From assembly GCA_046482545.1 (NCBI GenBank), contig JAWOEX010000032.1, positions 193,903 through 257,902 on the forward strand: DNA of 64,000 nt, written 5' to 3'. Each line of letters starts with the position of its first letter. Position 1 is the first letter of the stretch. Origin of the DNA: Candidatus Thorarchaeota archaeon (GTDB lineage Archaea; Asgardarchaeota; Thorarchaeia; Thorarchaeales; Thorarchaeaceae). Shown piece by piece: positions 29,444 through 39,289 of this stretch. Under the pieces are notes generated by a model that saw only the letters and a program-made list of their open reading frames with translations, was not told the origin of the DNA and did no database searches. The position numbers and the translations under genes are program-made.

Positions 29444-30535
29444 GTGATGACTTTGAAGAAAGAAGATATCAATAATGCGGGTTCAGGTAAACATGGTGAT
29501 TATGTAGTGCTAGCTCATACAGACTACTTGATTGACGTAGCTGAGAGACGCAGTAGGGGCGAGACGGAGGTTATGAAAAGACGCCACCTCCCCACCTTGA
29601 GAGCCGGAGGAGTCGATCTAATATGCGATCACGTTGGTGGAGACACAAGGATGTTTTCCACTTTCCCGCTTAGCAGGTTGGCCAAGGATACCGACAAGCT
29701 GGGTACTGCTCTAAATGGTGTCGACTGCATGTTAGAGGAAACCAAAGAAAGTAGTGACAATTTGATGATTGTCAGAACGATTGATGAAGCTGAACAAGCA
29801 AAATCTACAGATAAGCTTGGAATAATCCTTTGTCTTCAAGGTGGAGGTCCAATCAGGCAAGACCTTGGTCTGCTTAGGGTGTTCTATCGACTAGGTATCA
29901 GATGCATCCATCTCACGGCGAATGTTAGAAACCAGTTATCTGATAGTTGCATGGATAGAGACCCGGGCGGACTCACCCAATTTGGGCTAGAAGTGGTCAG
30001 AGAGATGAATAGGCTTGGAATCGTTATTGACGTTGCTCAACTGTCGCCGAAGGGTTGTCATGATGTCCTTGAGGAATCAACAGATCCCATAATCGCGTCG
30101 AATTCTAATGCAAGATCCCTTTGTGATCATCCGCGAAATCTTGATGACGATGTTATCAAACGAATCGGTGAAAAAGGAGGCGTCATAGGGGTACACTGTT
30201 TACCTGCTCTCATTTGTGAAGACAAAAAAGCGTCCTTGTCAAATCTGATTGAACATATTGACTACATCGTAGATTTAACGGGACCGGAACATGTGGGTAT
30301 TGGTCCCGATCTCCTAGAAAACTGGCCAGAAGAGAGATACAACTGTGTATGGGGCGCAGGCCAAGATTTGGGTGGCAAATATATCACATTCAAATATCCC
30401 ACAGGTCTTGAAAGCATAGCTGAAATCCCCAATATCTCTGTTGCTCTATCTGAAAATGGCTATTCAGATAAAGAAATTGCCGGAATCATGGGTGGAAATC
30501 TGATGAGAGTTTTCAAGGCCGTCTGGAACAGCTAA
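29444..30535 (+). CDS. M19 membrane dipeptidase family protein (altered ligands)
   Basis: HTD, LGIR...LT....N, GLT.FG...V.EMN.LG..ID, HPRN..D, HVGIGPD, GGN.MRV. Confidence 0.88.
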   Translation: MMTLKKEDINNAGSGKHGDYVVLAHTDYLIDVAERRSRGETEVMKRRHLPTLRAGGVDLICDHVGGDTRMFSTFPLSRLAKDTDKLGTALNGVDCMLEETKESSDNLMIVRTIDEAEQAKSTDKLGIILCLQGGGPIRQDLGLLRVFYRLGIRCIHLTANVRNQLSDSCMDRDPGGLTQFGLEVVREMNRLGIVIDVAQLSPKGCHDVLEESTDPIIASNSNARSLCDHPRNLDDDVIKRIGEKGGVIGVHCLPALICEDKKASLSNLIEHIDYIVDLTGPEHVGIGPDLLENWPEERYNCVWGAGQDLGGKYITFKYPTGLESIAEIPNISVALSENGYSDKEIAGIMGGNLMRVFKAVWNS

Positions 30536-30636
30536 CAGATTTCGTCCGTGTCTGCTCCCTCCTAAATATAGTATACCCGATTTTGTAGCCCGGGCGGAAT
30601 TGAGAGACATTGAATAATCCGAGTAACAAGAATAGA

Positions 30637-31599
30637 TTAGTCCAATGCACCCCTGATTCTCGGATGCTCTTCTCTGAATCGCAGATCGATAAACGAATTA
30701 AGTTCACCCGGTTCAGGCTTACTATATCTTGGTTCAAGAACGGTTTTGAAATCCCATCCCTCACCATCAATAGGCCGCATCTGGATGAGACCTACACCGA
30801 ATTGCTTCGCTTCTCGCAGGATGTTCTCTGCAATGTGACCATTCTTTTCGAATCCTTTATCTTTGATCCATTCAAAGACCAAGTAGGATCTGTGGCTGTA
30901 CAGGCTCTGTGAGGCTGCTTCATACAGAGCGGTAAATCCTATGTCACTATGTTTCTTGACATCTATTGTTACCAGTTCGAGATGATTCCCTGGAACAAAA
31001 TCGTATTTCATAATGGTAAGAATCGATATATCGGGAACAGTCAGTAAACGACTTCTTTTCGCTTGAGTGGCCGTAATTTCTGAAACATATAGATTAGGTG
31101 GTGAAGGTTCATAATTAGGTCTCCATTTACTATCGAAGTAATCCTTTACAGGCCCGTAGAGCTCGCTGACGTGATTTACCCCGAGCTCACCACGTTCTTC
31201 GGGTTTTCTTTGTTGAGTTAAACCGGCCACCCTAGCCGATCGGCCATATCTTCCCTTTCCTGCGATTATTCTTCCCTCGTCAATTAATTCCTTCTGGATT
31301 TCGGAAAATTCCTCTGGAGATAAATCGAGAGATTCGTATATCTTATGATTTGATATGAACGAGCCGTCTTTTGGCAGCTTCGATAGAACCTGTTGCTTAG
31401 CTGTTCCGACTCTTCTAATAGGTCCACCCCGTCCACGACCAATCTTCGCCAATCCCTTTCTGACAATTTCCTTTTTTGCTCTAGAATACTCTGGATCATT
31501 CAGCCCAGACAGTTTTCTTAGAGTGCTGTCTGTTATATATTCAAGGTCTTTTGGCAAATGCTTTTCCAGTGTCTGCGCGTTTTCTGATAAATTCTCCAT
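30637..31599 (-). CDS. Putative PD-(D/E)xK nuclease with two N-terminal wHTH-like repeats
   Basis: Two repeats ending GRGRGG / GKGRYG; PDI...ELVTIDVKK; EA.SQ...SH.SYLV. Confidence 0.6.
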   Translation of the reverse strand: MENLSENAQTLEKHLPKDLEYITDSTLRKLSGLNDPEYSRAKKEIVRKGLAKIGRGRGGPIRRVGTAKQQVLSKLPKDGSFISNHKIYESLDLSPEEFSEIQKELIDEGRIIAGKGRYGRSARVAGLTQQRKPEERGELGVNHVSELYGPVKDYFDSKWRPNYEPSPPNLYVSEITATQAKRSRLLTVPDISILTIMKYDFVPGNHLELVTIDVKKHSDIGFTALYEAASQSLYSHRSYLVFEWIKDKGFEKNGHIAENILREAKQFGVGLIQMRPIDGEGWDFKTVLEPRYSKPEPGELNSFIDLRFREEHPRIRGALD

Positions 31600-31875
31600 A
31601 AGGACCCAACCTACTTGTAGGAGAATTTCCTTATTTGAAGGACATAAACCTTTTCTTTTTTAGAATTTCAGGCTCTTAAAGAAATTGGGAGACAATCCAG
31701 AAAAGAATGGCCAGCTACTATTCACTCGCTTAAAATGAATGGAGATATTGATTTTGAGAATCGTATGGCCCGTCGAAACTGATAAACAGATGATTACAGC
31801 TCGGAACTGATAACGGAACGGCCAAGAAGGTTACCTATAGTGAGATTTATCAATATTGAGAAATGGGACCTCTCT

Positions 31876-33000
31876 ATGACGCCTCATCTGGATGAAGATT
31901 TGGTTAGAGAACTATGGCCTACACTCTCTTCTATTACGTATCTCAACACAGCATCAACGGGTGTTCCTTCAGTACCAGTCGCGGAAGCCATTGACCGTCT
32001 TGTGAAGAACAGAAGCGAAGCAAACTGGACTAGTGAAGATACACAGCAGCTTCATGATGCAGTGAAGGCCAAATTGTCTATGCTAATTGGAGGATCTGCT
32101 TTCGAATACGCCTTTGTTCCTAGTACTTCAGCAGCACTCAACGCTTTCGGGCATTCCATTGAGTACCCGGCTGGATCTAATATAGTAATTTGCGATCTAG
32201 AGTTTCCGTCCAATTACATTCCATGGCAGAACATAGCTTCTCGATACAATGTGGAGCTGAGAATAGCGAAATCTAGGAATGGAGCTGCTCCGGCTGAGGA
32301 GTTCAGAAAACTCATTGATTCCAATACAAGAGTTGTTGCGGTGAGTCATACCCAGTTCGGCAGTGGTTATCGAAGTGATTTGCGCCCTCTTGCAAAGGCA
32401 GTTCACTCTAATGACGGCTTTCTAGTCGCAGACATTATACAATCCGTGGGTTGGGCTGATATCAATCTAGACGAAGCTAAGGTGGATTTCGCCGCTGGTC
32501 AAGCCACAAAATGGATTGCAGGACCTATCGGAGCTGGTTATGCATATATTCGGAATGAGACCATGCAATATTTGAATCCTATTTTTCTCGGCTGGCGTAG
32601 TGTGAAGAGACATCGTGATTTCACTTATGCAGAACGTCAGCCAAAAGAGGATGCCAGTATGTTTGAATGGGGATCTCCCCCGCTCATTGCTTACGCCGGG
32701 TTTTCAGCAGCTCTCGATGTTCTACTTAACATACCTGCAAAGACAAGAGAAGAAACTGCGTTAGATAATGCTTCCTATTTGAAGGAACAGCTCAACAAAA
32801 AGGATATCAGTTTCTATGATTTTGACGATGAACACGACTCCCCCATCGTATCGTGTCAACCATCAAATCTCAAGAACCTTCAAAACGAGCTTAAAAAAGA
32901 GGGAATTTTCTGTTCTGTGAGACACGGGCGCCTTCGAGTGTCTCCTCATTTCTACAACACCCACCACGACATAGATAGATTAGTCCACCATCTGGAATAA
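31876..33000 (+). CDS. Aminotransferase class V / cysteine desulfurase-like PLP enzyme
   Basis: YLNTAS, EFPSN..PW, DIIQS.G, KWIAGP.G.G, RVSPHFYN. Confidence 0.9.
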   Translation: MTPHLDEDLVRELWPTLSSITYLNTASTGVPSVPVAEAIDRLVKNRSEANWTSEDTQQLHDAVKAKLSMLIGGSAFEYAFVPSTSAALNAFGHSIEYPAGSNIVICDLEFPSNYIPWQNIASRYNVELRIAKSRNGAAPAEEFRKLIDSNTRVVAVSHTQFGSGYRSDLRPLAKAVHSNDGFLVADIIQSVGWADINLDEAKVDFAAGQATKWIAGPIGAGYAYIRNETMQYLNPIFLGWRSVKRHRDFTYAERQPKEDASMFEWGSPPLIAYAGFSAALDVLLNIPAKTREETALDNASYLKEQLNKKDISFYDFDDEHDSPIVSCQPSNLKNLQNELKKEGIFCSVRHGRLRVSPHFYNTHHDIDRLVHHLE

Positions 33001-33497
33001 CATAGAAACATCTTCTTTAGGATCATGAAGTTGCATCTCTGTCATAAAGAGAAGAATTCAGAAAAACCGCAACCAAGGTTAAACCCAATGAATTATTGAA
33101 AATTAAACCCCTCAGCTTCTAGTTCTGATTATCTTCACCATTTTGGTTTTCGGCCGCTTTGAGCCATATACATTATTGGTTACTCTCGCGTCTTGAGGTT
33201 GTTCAAATGAGTTGATACATTCATTTAAATTCGAATGAATAAACTCTTCTCCGTAAAGAATTCAGTCCTCACTTAATGACTATGACGCTATTGAATGTAC
33301 CCCTCAACACTTTTTGGTGGTTGTGTGTTCACCATACCCCTAAACCCTAGAGGATGGTTGGAATGTTGTGAAGACAATAAGAACTATCATTCTGGAAGAG
33401 AGATCCGAAATGCAACTCCCCTTATCTCATGACAGCGAGGAGATGTTACCAGCGATAACAGAAATAAATGCTGGTTTCTTGTATTGTCTCCTTTGGG

Positions 33498-34628
33498 TTA
33501 AAGACTGAACTTGGAGTAATTTCTTTCACAGGGATTTCCCTTTGATATCCAGAACTCACCAGTACTGGGCGAAAGTACCACATTTGTCATTGTACGGGTA
33601 TCCGTTCCATGTCTACAAATTGACTTGACTCCATCTGGAGGCTTATCTCCGTGTTTGTGATCGCTCATAATATCAATAGCCTTTTCAGGATCGATATCTC
33701 CATAATTGCCTTTCAGCAATTCTACAAGCCTTTCATATCTTGCAAAGGAAGATGGATATTGATCTCGATTGCTGGGACCAAAATGTCTCATCTCTAAATT
33801 ATGATAATGATTCGTTGAGCCAAGAAAATGGTCTTTAGTTTGAACAAACAAGGTACGATTTGTAGAAAAGCTAATTCTTGCCATGTTTCCGTCTCTGTCT
33901 ACAACATCCACATTTTCACCGGCATGGGACCACCTCGGGATACTGTTTACTAGATTCAAGAACTCCTCCACGGTAGCACATTCTTCAAGTCCAATTCGTG
34001 TAATCGTCAATGGCGGAAATCCAAAACCTGCTCCCTCCAATTGACGAATTCCTGATCCCACAAAGGTCAGCCCTTCTTCATTGAAACCTATAACGGAGGG
34101 CCTTCCAAGGTTTCCAGCTAATCCTCTCCCAATAAAGCGATATTTCCCCTTGGCTTCCACCCGAAATGTATGCCCGATATTCTTGTTTCTCATTTTCTGT
34201 GGCCAGTCACTGTTCTGACTGGCAATCACATAGTTTCCGTCTGTTGCTTCTCCTGCAGCTACAAAAGAGGAGCATTCAGGAAACGAATGAGAGACAGTAT
34301 CTCGAATCTCCCAGAAAAAGAGTACGGCTAGAGCAGTTTCATATTTAATTCCGGCTCCTTCTGCAATCCCTCTAGTCTCTTCAAGTATTTGGGGGAAGCG
34401 CCTTCCGATGAGATCTTCATAATCGGAAGCAATGTTTTCGGCCTGATTTGGCGAGATACCCAGTTCATTCATATCATTTTGCACAAATGGTACAACTGTA
34501 TCTAGTATTACGCCAGCTAACTGTTGTCCATGTTGCACACCAATTTCGTAGTGGTTCCCTTGAAGATTCACAATTTCAGGTGTTATTATTTCTTGTCTCC
34601 ATTTTTCTATAAACAAAAACCAGTACAT
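33498..34628 (-). CDS. Peptidase C45 family Ntn-hydrolase (type a)
   Basis: YEIG.QHG, EE..GIA.GA, nucleophile ECSSF, QNSDW, GFNE.G, TNH, SICRH, G.PC. Confidence 0.88.
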   Translation of the reverse strand: MYWFLFIEKWRQEIITPEIVNLQGNHYEIGVQHGQQLAGVILDTVVPFVQNDMNELGISPNQAENIASDYEDLIGRRFPQILEETRGIAEGAGIKYETALAVLFFWEIRDTVSHSFPECSSFVAAGEATDGNYVIASQNSDWPQKMRNKNIGHTFRVEAKGKYRFIGRGLAGNLGRPSVIGFNEEGLTFVGSGIRQLEGAGFGFPPLTITRIGLEECATVEEFLNLVNSIPRWSHAGENVDVVDRDGNMARISFSTNRTLFVQTKDHFLGSTNHYHNLEMRHFGPSNRDQYPSSFARYERLVELLKGNYGDIDPEKAIDIMSDHKHGDKPPDGVKSICRHGTDTRTMTNVVLSPSTGEFWISKGNPCERNYSKFSL

Positions 34629-34658
34629 AACTTTTTGGAATATTGTTATTCTCTACAA

Positions 34659-35765
34659 TTAAAACTGAAAACACGAATATTCATTCTTGCATGGTGTTCC
34701 TCTAGTCAAGAATAATCGACTATTTGTCAAATCCATAATGATGGATGCGTTTGTTTGTATCTGGTGAAAGGCTGTATTTTCAGGTGAGGGATGCCTGCAA
34801 ATAGAATGTGGAAAATCAAAGTGGTCTCTGAACATCTCTTTCACAGTGTCTACAGTAATGCTTCCATTTTTCTTCTGTAGGAGCTTTGATGATCGATGCT
34901 TGCGAATTATACTATTCGGAGATTTATTGACCTTCAAATCCTGAATATTTGGCTTTTGAGTCACAAAATGGTTGGAGTGTGTTAATATGCCCTCCTGTGG
35001 CATTAGAAAACTCACCTCGTGAGGTGCTGTTTCTATATCAACCGCTTCCCCTTGAGAATGAGCGAGAAGGTAGTTATGAGATGAACATCTTCTAGCGGAT
35101 GTGATGGCTCGGATTGCATCGGACAATGTCATTGCGTTTAATGCCCCTCTCTTGAGAATCATATGCGGTATGCCTTTCCAGTTCCAATTGTTTGACAAAA
35201 GGGAGTTCCCGCATAACGAAATCCCCTCTGAGTTGAATCCATTTCCTCCTATTGTTCCAGCATCGCAAAATTGGACTATTCGGGGGCCTTGTTCTTGGTC
35301 TATTTTCAGAAGAACTGATACGTCTTGGAAGACTTCATTCCAGTCATCATTCTGGCCAACAATTGTTTTACTTTTGAGACTCGATTCTGGAGTAATAGCT
35401 ACTGCTGTACAGCCTGACCAGACACCATCCACATTTAAGCTGAAGAATTCATATATAACGTTGAGCAAAAGGATTTCATCAAAGGATCTCTCAGCGCCTT
35501 CGGCAATGCCGTCTAGTTCTTCCACAATTTGAGGGTCATATTGTCTAATGGAAGAAAGAAAGATTTTTGCTTTCTTCAGAACGTCTGACCAAGTGACGTT
35601 AAAGAAAATATTGCTCTTAATTATATTACGCAAAATATCAATGCGGCGATTTATTAAATCACGACACTTTGTACCGTATTCAAAGCCTCTCTCAGTGGAG
35701 TTGCCTTGGATTTCTATGAGAGGGAAAGGGTGATTTACTTGGTCTATAAATGACACCTTCTTCAA
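34659..35765 (-). CDS. Peptidase C45 family Ntn-hydrolase (type b)
   Basis: GCTA, GQNDDW, GFNS.G, HSNHF, SICRH, GTPC. Confidence 0.88.
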   Translation of the reverse strand: MKKVSFIDQVNHPFPLIEIQGNSTERGFEYGTKCRDLINRRIDILRNIIKSNIFFNVTWSDVLKKAKIFLSSIRQYDPQIVEELDGIAEGAERSFDEILLLNVIYEFFSLNVDGVWSGCTAVAITPESSLKSKTIVGQNDDWNEVFQDVSVLLKIDQEQGPRIVQFCDAGTIGGNGFNSEGISLCGNSLLSNNWNWKGIPHMILKRGALNAMTLSDAIRAITSARRCSSHNYLLAHSQGEAVDIETAPHEVSFLMPQEGILTHSNHFVTQKPNIQDLKVNKSPNSIIRKHRSSKLLQKKNGSITVDTVKEMFRDHFDFPHSICRHPSPENTAFHQIQTNASIIMDLTNSRLFLTRGTPCKNEYSCFQF

Positions 35766-35788
35766 TTGATTAGATGCATTCTCTTTTG

Positions 35789-36113
35789 TTATGCAGATGT
35801 TTGACCAAAAAGAACCTCATCTTCAAGTTTGGTATCAGTGGAGATTACGGTTCTATCAGCAGAAACAAGAAGGTAATTTGCCACAACCTCCTGATTACCC
35901 CTTACTAGGAGATTAAGATGATTAGGGGAATGAACGTCGCTGAAGCCGGCCACAGTTCCGATTTTTCTCTTAGCAATTTGAACCGGCTCTCCAACTACTA
36001 CAATCCCGCCTTGACGCACTTCAAAGAACCCCACATACAGGACGGATTCAATTGTTTCACCGGGAGTGGCGTCTTGGTCATCCGTGATTGTTAGTTCTAC
36101 GATGCTATACTTA
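35789..36113 (-). pseudogene. 5'-truncated DUF6917-like gene
   Basis: From KYSIVEL onward it matches 49446..49940; the N-terminus of the ORF call is out-of-frame dppC sequence. Confidence 0.7.
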
Positions 36114-36505
36114 GAATAGCTGTGGCTATACTGACTGCCACAAGAACTATCAACATACTGAAACAGATAGGATAAACTTGACAAAACACAATGTAAAAAT
36201 CGTTTGCTCCCAATGAAGCTTTTGCCTCTATGAACTTTTCTTCTGAAATAGATGCTGCTGTGTTCACGTTTCGGTAAAACTTTGGAGACAACCCGATTGC
36301 TACTGCAATGGCTGTCTATAACACTCCACTACCCAATGTTACAGCAACAAGCAATGCAGTTAGGAAAGCAGAGAAGGAGTGGAGATCATCCATACGGCGG
36401 GTTATAGCGCTATCAAGTTTGCCGCCAAAATATCCTATAATAACACCCAAGGTCGATCCAACAGCTACGGCTATAAGAACAGATAATAGGCCGACGGAGA
36501 ACGGT
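36105..36505 (-). pseudogene. ABC permease (DppC paralog) fragment
   Basis: Translates GLLSVLIAVAVGSTLGVIIGYFGG...AFLTALLVAVTLGSGVL*TAIAVAIGLSPKFYR...SIATAILSI, colinear with 40300..41235; stop at 36316-36318. Confidence 0.85.
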
Positions 36506-36530
36506 AAATCCCCGTGTAAGAGGTGTTTGG

Positions 36531-37820
36531 TTGCCTAATGAGAATAAAGAACACTGGACGAACAGAAATAGGATTTCTTCAGCCCGACATTACCGATTCC
36601 CTTCTTTAGTGATATCCAAGGCAGAAGATGCTTATCTTATAGATACTGAAGGAACGCGTTATCTTGATTTTACATCTGGCGGCCAGACTGCTAATCTTGG
36701 TCATGGAACAGATAGTATTATTTCTGCAGTTAAAGCGCAGATGGATGAGACCGGTCTTGCATCTCTTGGTTGGACACTCAATGACACGAGAATCCGAACT
36801 GCAGAGAAACTGCGTGAGATTGCCCCTGGAAACCTTTCAGATGGTAAAGTTGGTTTTTCAAATACCGGCTCTGATGCTACAGAACTTTCCATGCGATTAG
36901 CTAAAGACTACACTTCCAGATCCTTAATTCTGTGTACGTTCGGATGTTTTCACGGCCAGACATCACTCGGTGCATTGTCTCTTAATACGAGTCCCCATGG
37001 TAGGAAATACGGTTTTCCACTGCTTCCAGGGATTCTATATGTGCCATATCCTTATTGCTATCGATGTCCCTTTGGACAGACATATCCTGATTGCGATTTT
37101 GAGTGCGTTGATTTTGTGGAGTATCAGTTTGAGACGAAAGTCATCCCTCCCGAAAGAGTCGCGGCTTTCTTTCTAGAGTTGGTTCAAGTACATGGAGGGG
37201 TAATTCCACTACCTGATGGATATTTGGAGAGAATTCGTCAACTTTGCAAAGAGGAAGGCATCCTACTCGTAGTTGATGAAGTGACAACCGGTTTTGGAAG
37301 AACTGGAAAGATGTTTGCTACGGAACACTGGGATGTGGATGTGGACATGCTCTATATGGCAAAGCCTATTGCTGCTGGCTTATCTATGGCGGCAATAATT
37401 GCTGAATCAAGTGTAATGACCAATTTCCGAGGGGGCGGAACATTCTCAGGTAATCCTGTAGCATGTGCTGCTAGTTTGGCGAATATTTCTGCTATCCAAG
37501 AAGAAGATGTATTAGCTCATGCTCAGCAGATGGGGATGTATCTTGTAGAACAGCTACAACAAATTAGGGTGAGACACCCGATAATCGGAGACATAAGAGG
37601 GCTTGGCCCACTGGTTGGGGTCGAACTGGTAGAAGACCGCAGGTTGAAAACTCCTGCTTCGGAAGAAACGAAGAAAGTAATCCGGAAGTCAGCTGAACGA
37701 GGATTACTATTCTTTCCAGCTGGTGTATATCAGAATGTTCTACGCTTGTGCCCCCCTCTTACAATACAGACAAAGGAGATAGATGCGGCCGTTGAGATTC
37801 TTGACGAAGCGCTTCCCTAA
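36531..37820 (+). CDS. Class III aminotransferase (GabT/ArgD-like)
   Basis: YLDF, NTGSDA, FHG.T, DEVTTGFGRTG, AK.IA.G, GTFSGNP. Confidence 0.93.
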   Translation: MPNENKEHWTNRNRISSARHYRFPSLVISKAEDAYLIDTEGTRYLDFTSGGQTANLGHGTDSIISAVKAQMDETGLASLGWTLNDTRIRTAEKLREIAPGNLSDGKVGFSNTGSDATELSMRLAKDYTSRSLILCTFGCFHGQTSLGALSLNTSPHGRKYGFPLLPGILYVPYPYCYRCPFGQTYPDCDFECVDFVEYQFETKVIPPERVAAFFLELVQVHGGVIPLPDGYLERIRQLCKEEGILLVVDEVTTGFGRTGKMFATEHWDVDVDMLYMAKPIAAGLSMAAIIAESSVMTNFRGGGTFSGNPVACAASLANISAIQEEDVLAHAQQMGMYLVEQLQQIRVRHPIIGDIRGLGPLVGVELVEDRRLKTPASEETKKVIRKSAERGLLFFPAGVYQNVLRLCPPLTIQTKEIDAAVEILDEALP

Positions 37821-37891
37821 ATCTCCGTTCTGTAAATTACTTATATTGGGAGGCAGTTACGTAGATTTTAGCCGAGTGAAGAAAATTCATG

Positions 37892-38887
37892 GAATCTATG
37901 TGAAAAGTCGAGGAAGTAATTAAATGATATGTGACCATACCGACTGAATCACATGATTCATGACTTACTACATCTCACACGAGACAGTCAGGTCTCGCCA
38001 CCTTCAGTTCTTGGTCGATGAGCTTATCAAGCTTAGTACTATGGTCTTTACCAGTTCTTCCACTTTCAGGAGCCCTCCTGACTTCCCCCTCCCTGCTCTC
38101 TTTGTCCACCTTAACTCAAGTTCGGTTCAAGGCTCAGCCTAAGGGCTTCATGGCACAGCTCACGTTCACCCGGTTCCTCCTTAAACGCCAGGATTCCTCA
38201 ACAGCTCCCAACCATTCCCTGCTCAAACCTGCTCTGAGACGATTGGATACCAAGTCCCTCCACGGGATGTACAGACTCGTAACTCGTAGGCGCCCCTCTC
38301 CTAGGAATATCAAAGTGGACAATACCGGATTTTCTCATACTACTGGACGAGAGCGGATCTCCCTGCGATTCAAGGAGACGCTGAAACGGCGATTCACAGC
38401 CCTCCACTCACCGGCGGACACGGACACCCTATGGGTTCATGCTGTCCGAGTGCGAGCACGACCGGGTGGTGATGCGAAGGAGCTGGTTTCCCTCTTGAGA
38501 CCCGTGCCGTATCAGACTATTGAGAGTGACTATGGTGACAAGAGGCACATCTCCTGGAAGAATGTCCAGTTTATCCATGACTGGGGAGCGCATCCCACTC
38601 TTGGACCAAAAAGGAGGTTGAAGGTCCAGTCCCGGGGCTATCGAGGCTACAAGGATCTTATAGGAAAGTATCTGATAAATCTCGGGGAATGGAAACGATA
38701 CCATGATTATGGAGGAGGAGTCTTCTGGAGACCGTGTTCAGCATGCTGAAACTGTGGTCCACCGGGAGTCTGAGGTCGAGAAGGAGTGGAAAACGACAGA
38801 GAGAAATGTTGGTCAAGGTCATCTTGCATAATATGGACCGACTGAATTACCTTGAGTGTGACGGAAGGTCACTTTTCGCACAGAGCC
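37892..38887 (+). mobile_element. IS5-family insertion sequence, degenerate, frameshifted transposase
   Basis: Imperfect TIRs GAATCTATGTGAAAAGT / reverse complement GGCTCTGTGCGAAAAGT (13/17); DNTGFS, D.DY, frameshifted RSLLETVFSMLK...QREMLVKVILHN. Confidence 0.85.
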
Positions 38888-39289
38888 AATGAAAAGTTAG
38901 AGAGCGGGAAATCACAGGAGATGTAGGACATTGTACCATAACTTCTGAGAAGCCTCCATGTATTCATGCACAGCTTTGCCTGAAATCCTCAAGTGCCTGT
39001 CAAACGGCGCAAAGCAATTTGGGAATTAGTCTCTGTCGATTTGAAAAACTACTATATAGATAATGGAATATCAATATCTTGGTCTTATCAATGACACCCG
39101 TAGGTCTTCCCTAATTTCAATGTTGAAAAAAATAATCTGCGATATTATCGAGTACTGCTAGGATATTAAGCATAATCTTCTTATTTAAGGCGATATTTTG
39201 ATTTGCCTGATAAAATGTTTACAAGTATTCGTTAAAAGTAAGGGTTTTATAGTGATATTAATTACGGGGGTTTAGTACTGAGGACCAAA

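Noticed and set aside
33300-33480. Possible M20/ArgE C-terminal remnant (HNIPTIL*GLG) on the minus strand
   Set aside because: Too short and degenerate to support without a search
36308-36538. 76-aa plus-strand ORF upstream of the aminotransferase
   Set aside because: Antisense shadow of the dppC pseudogene
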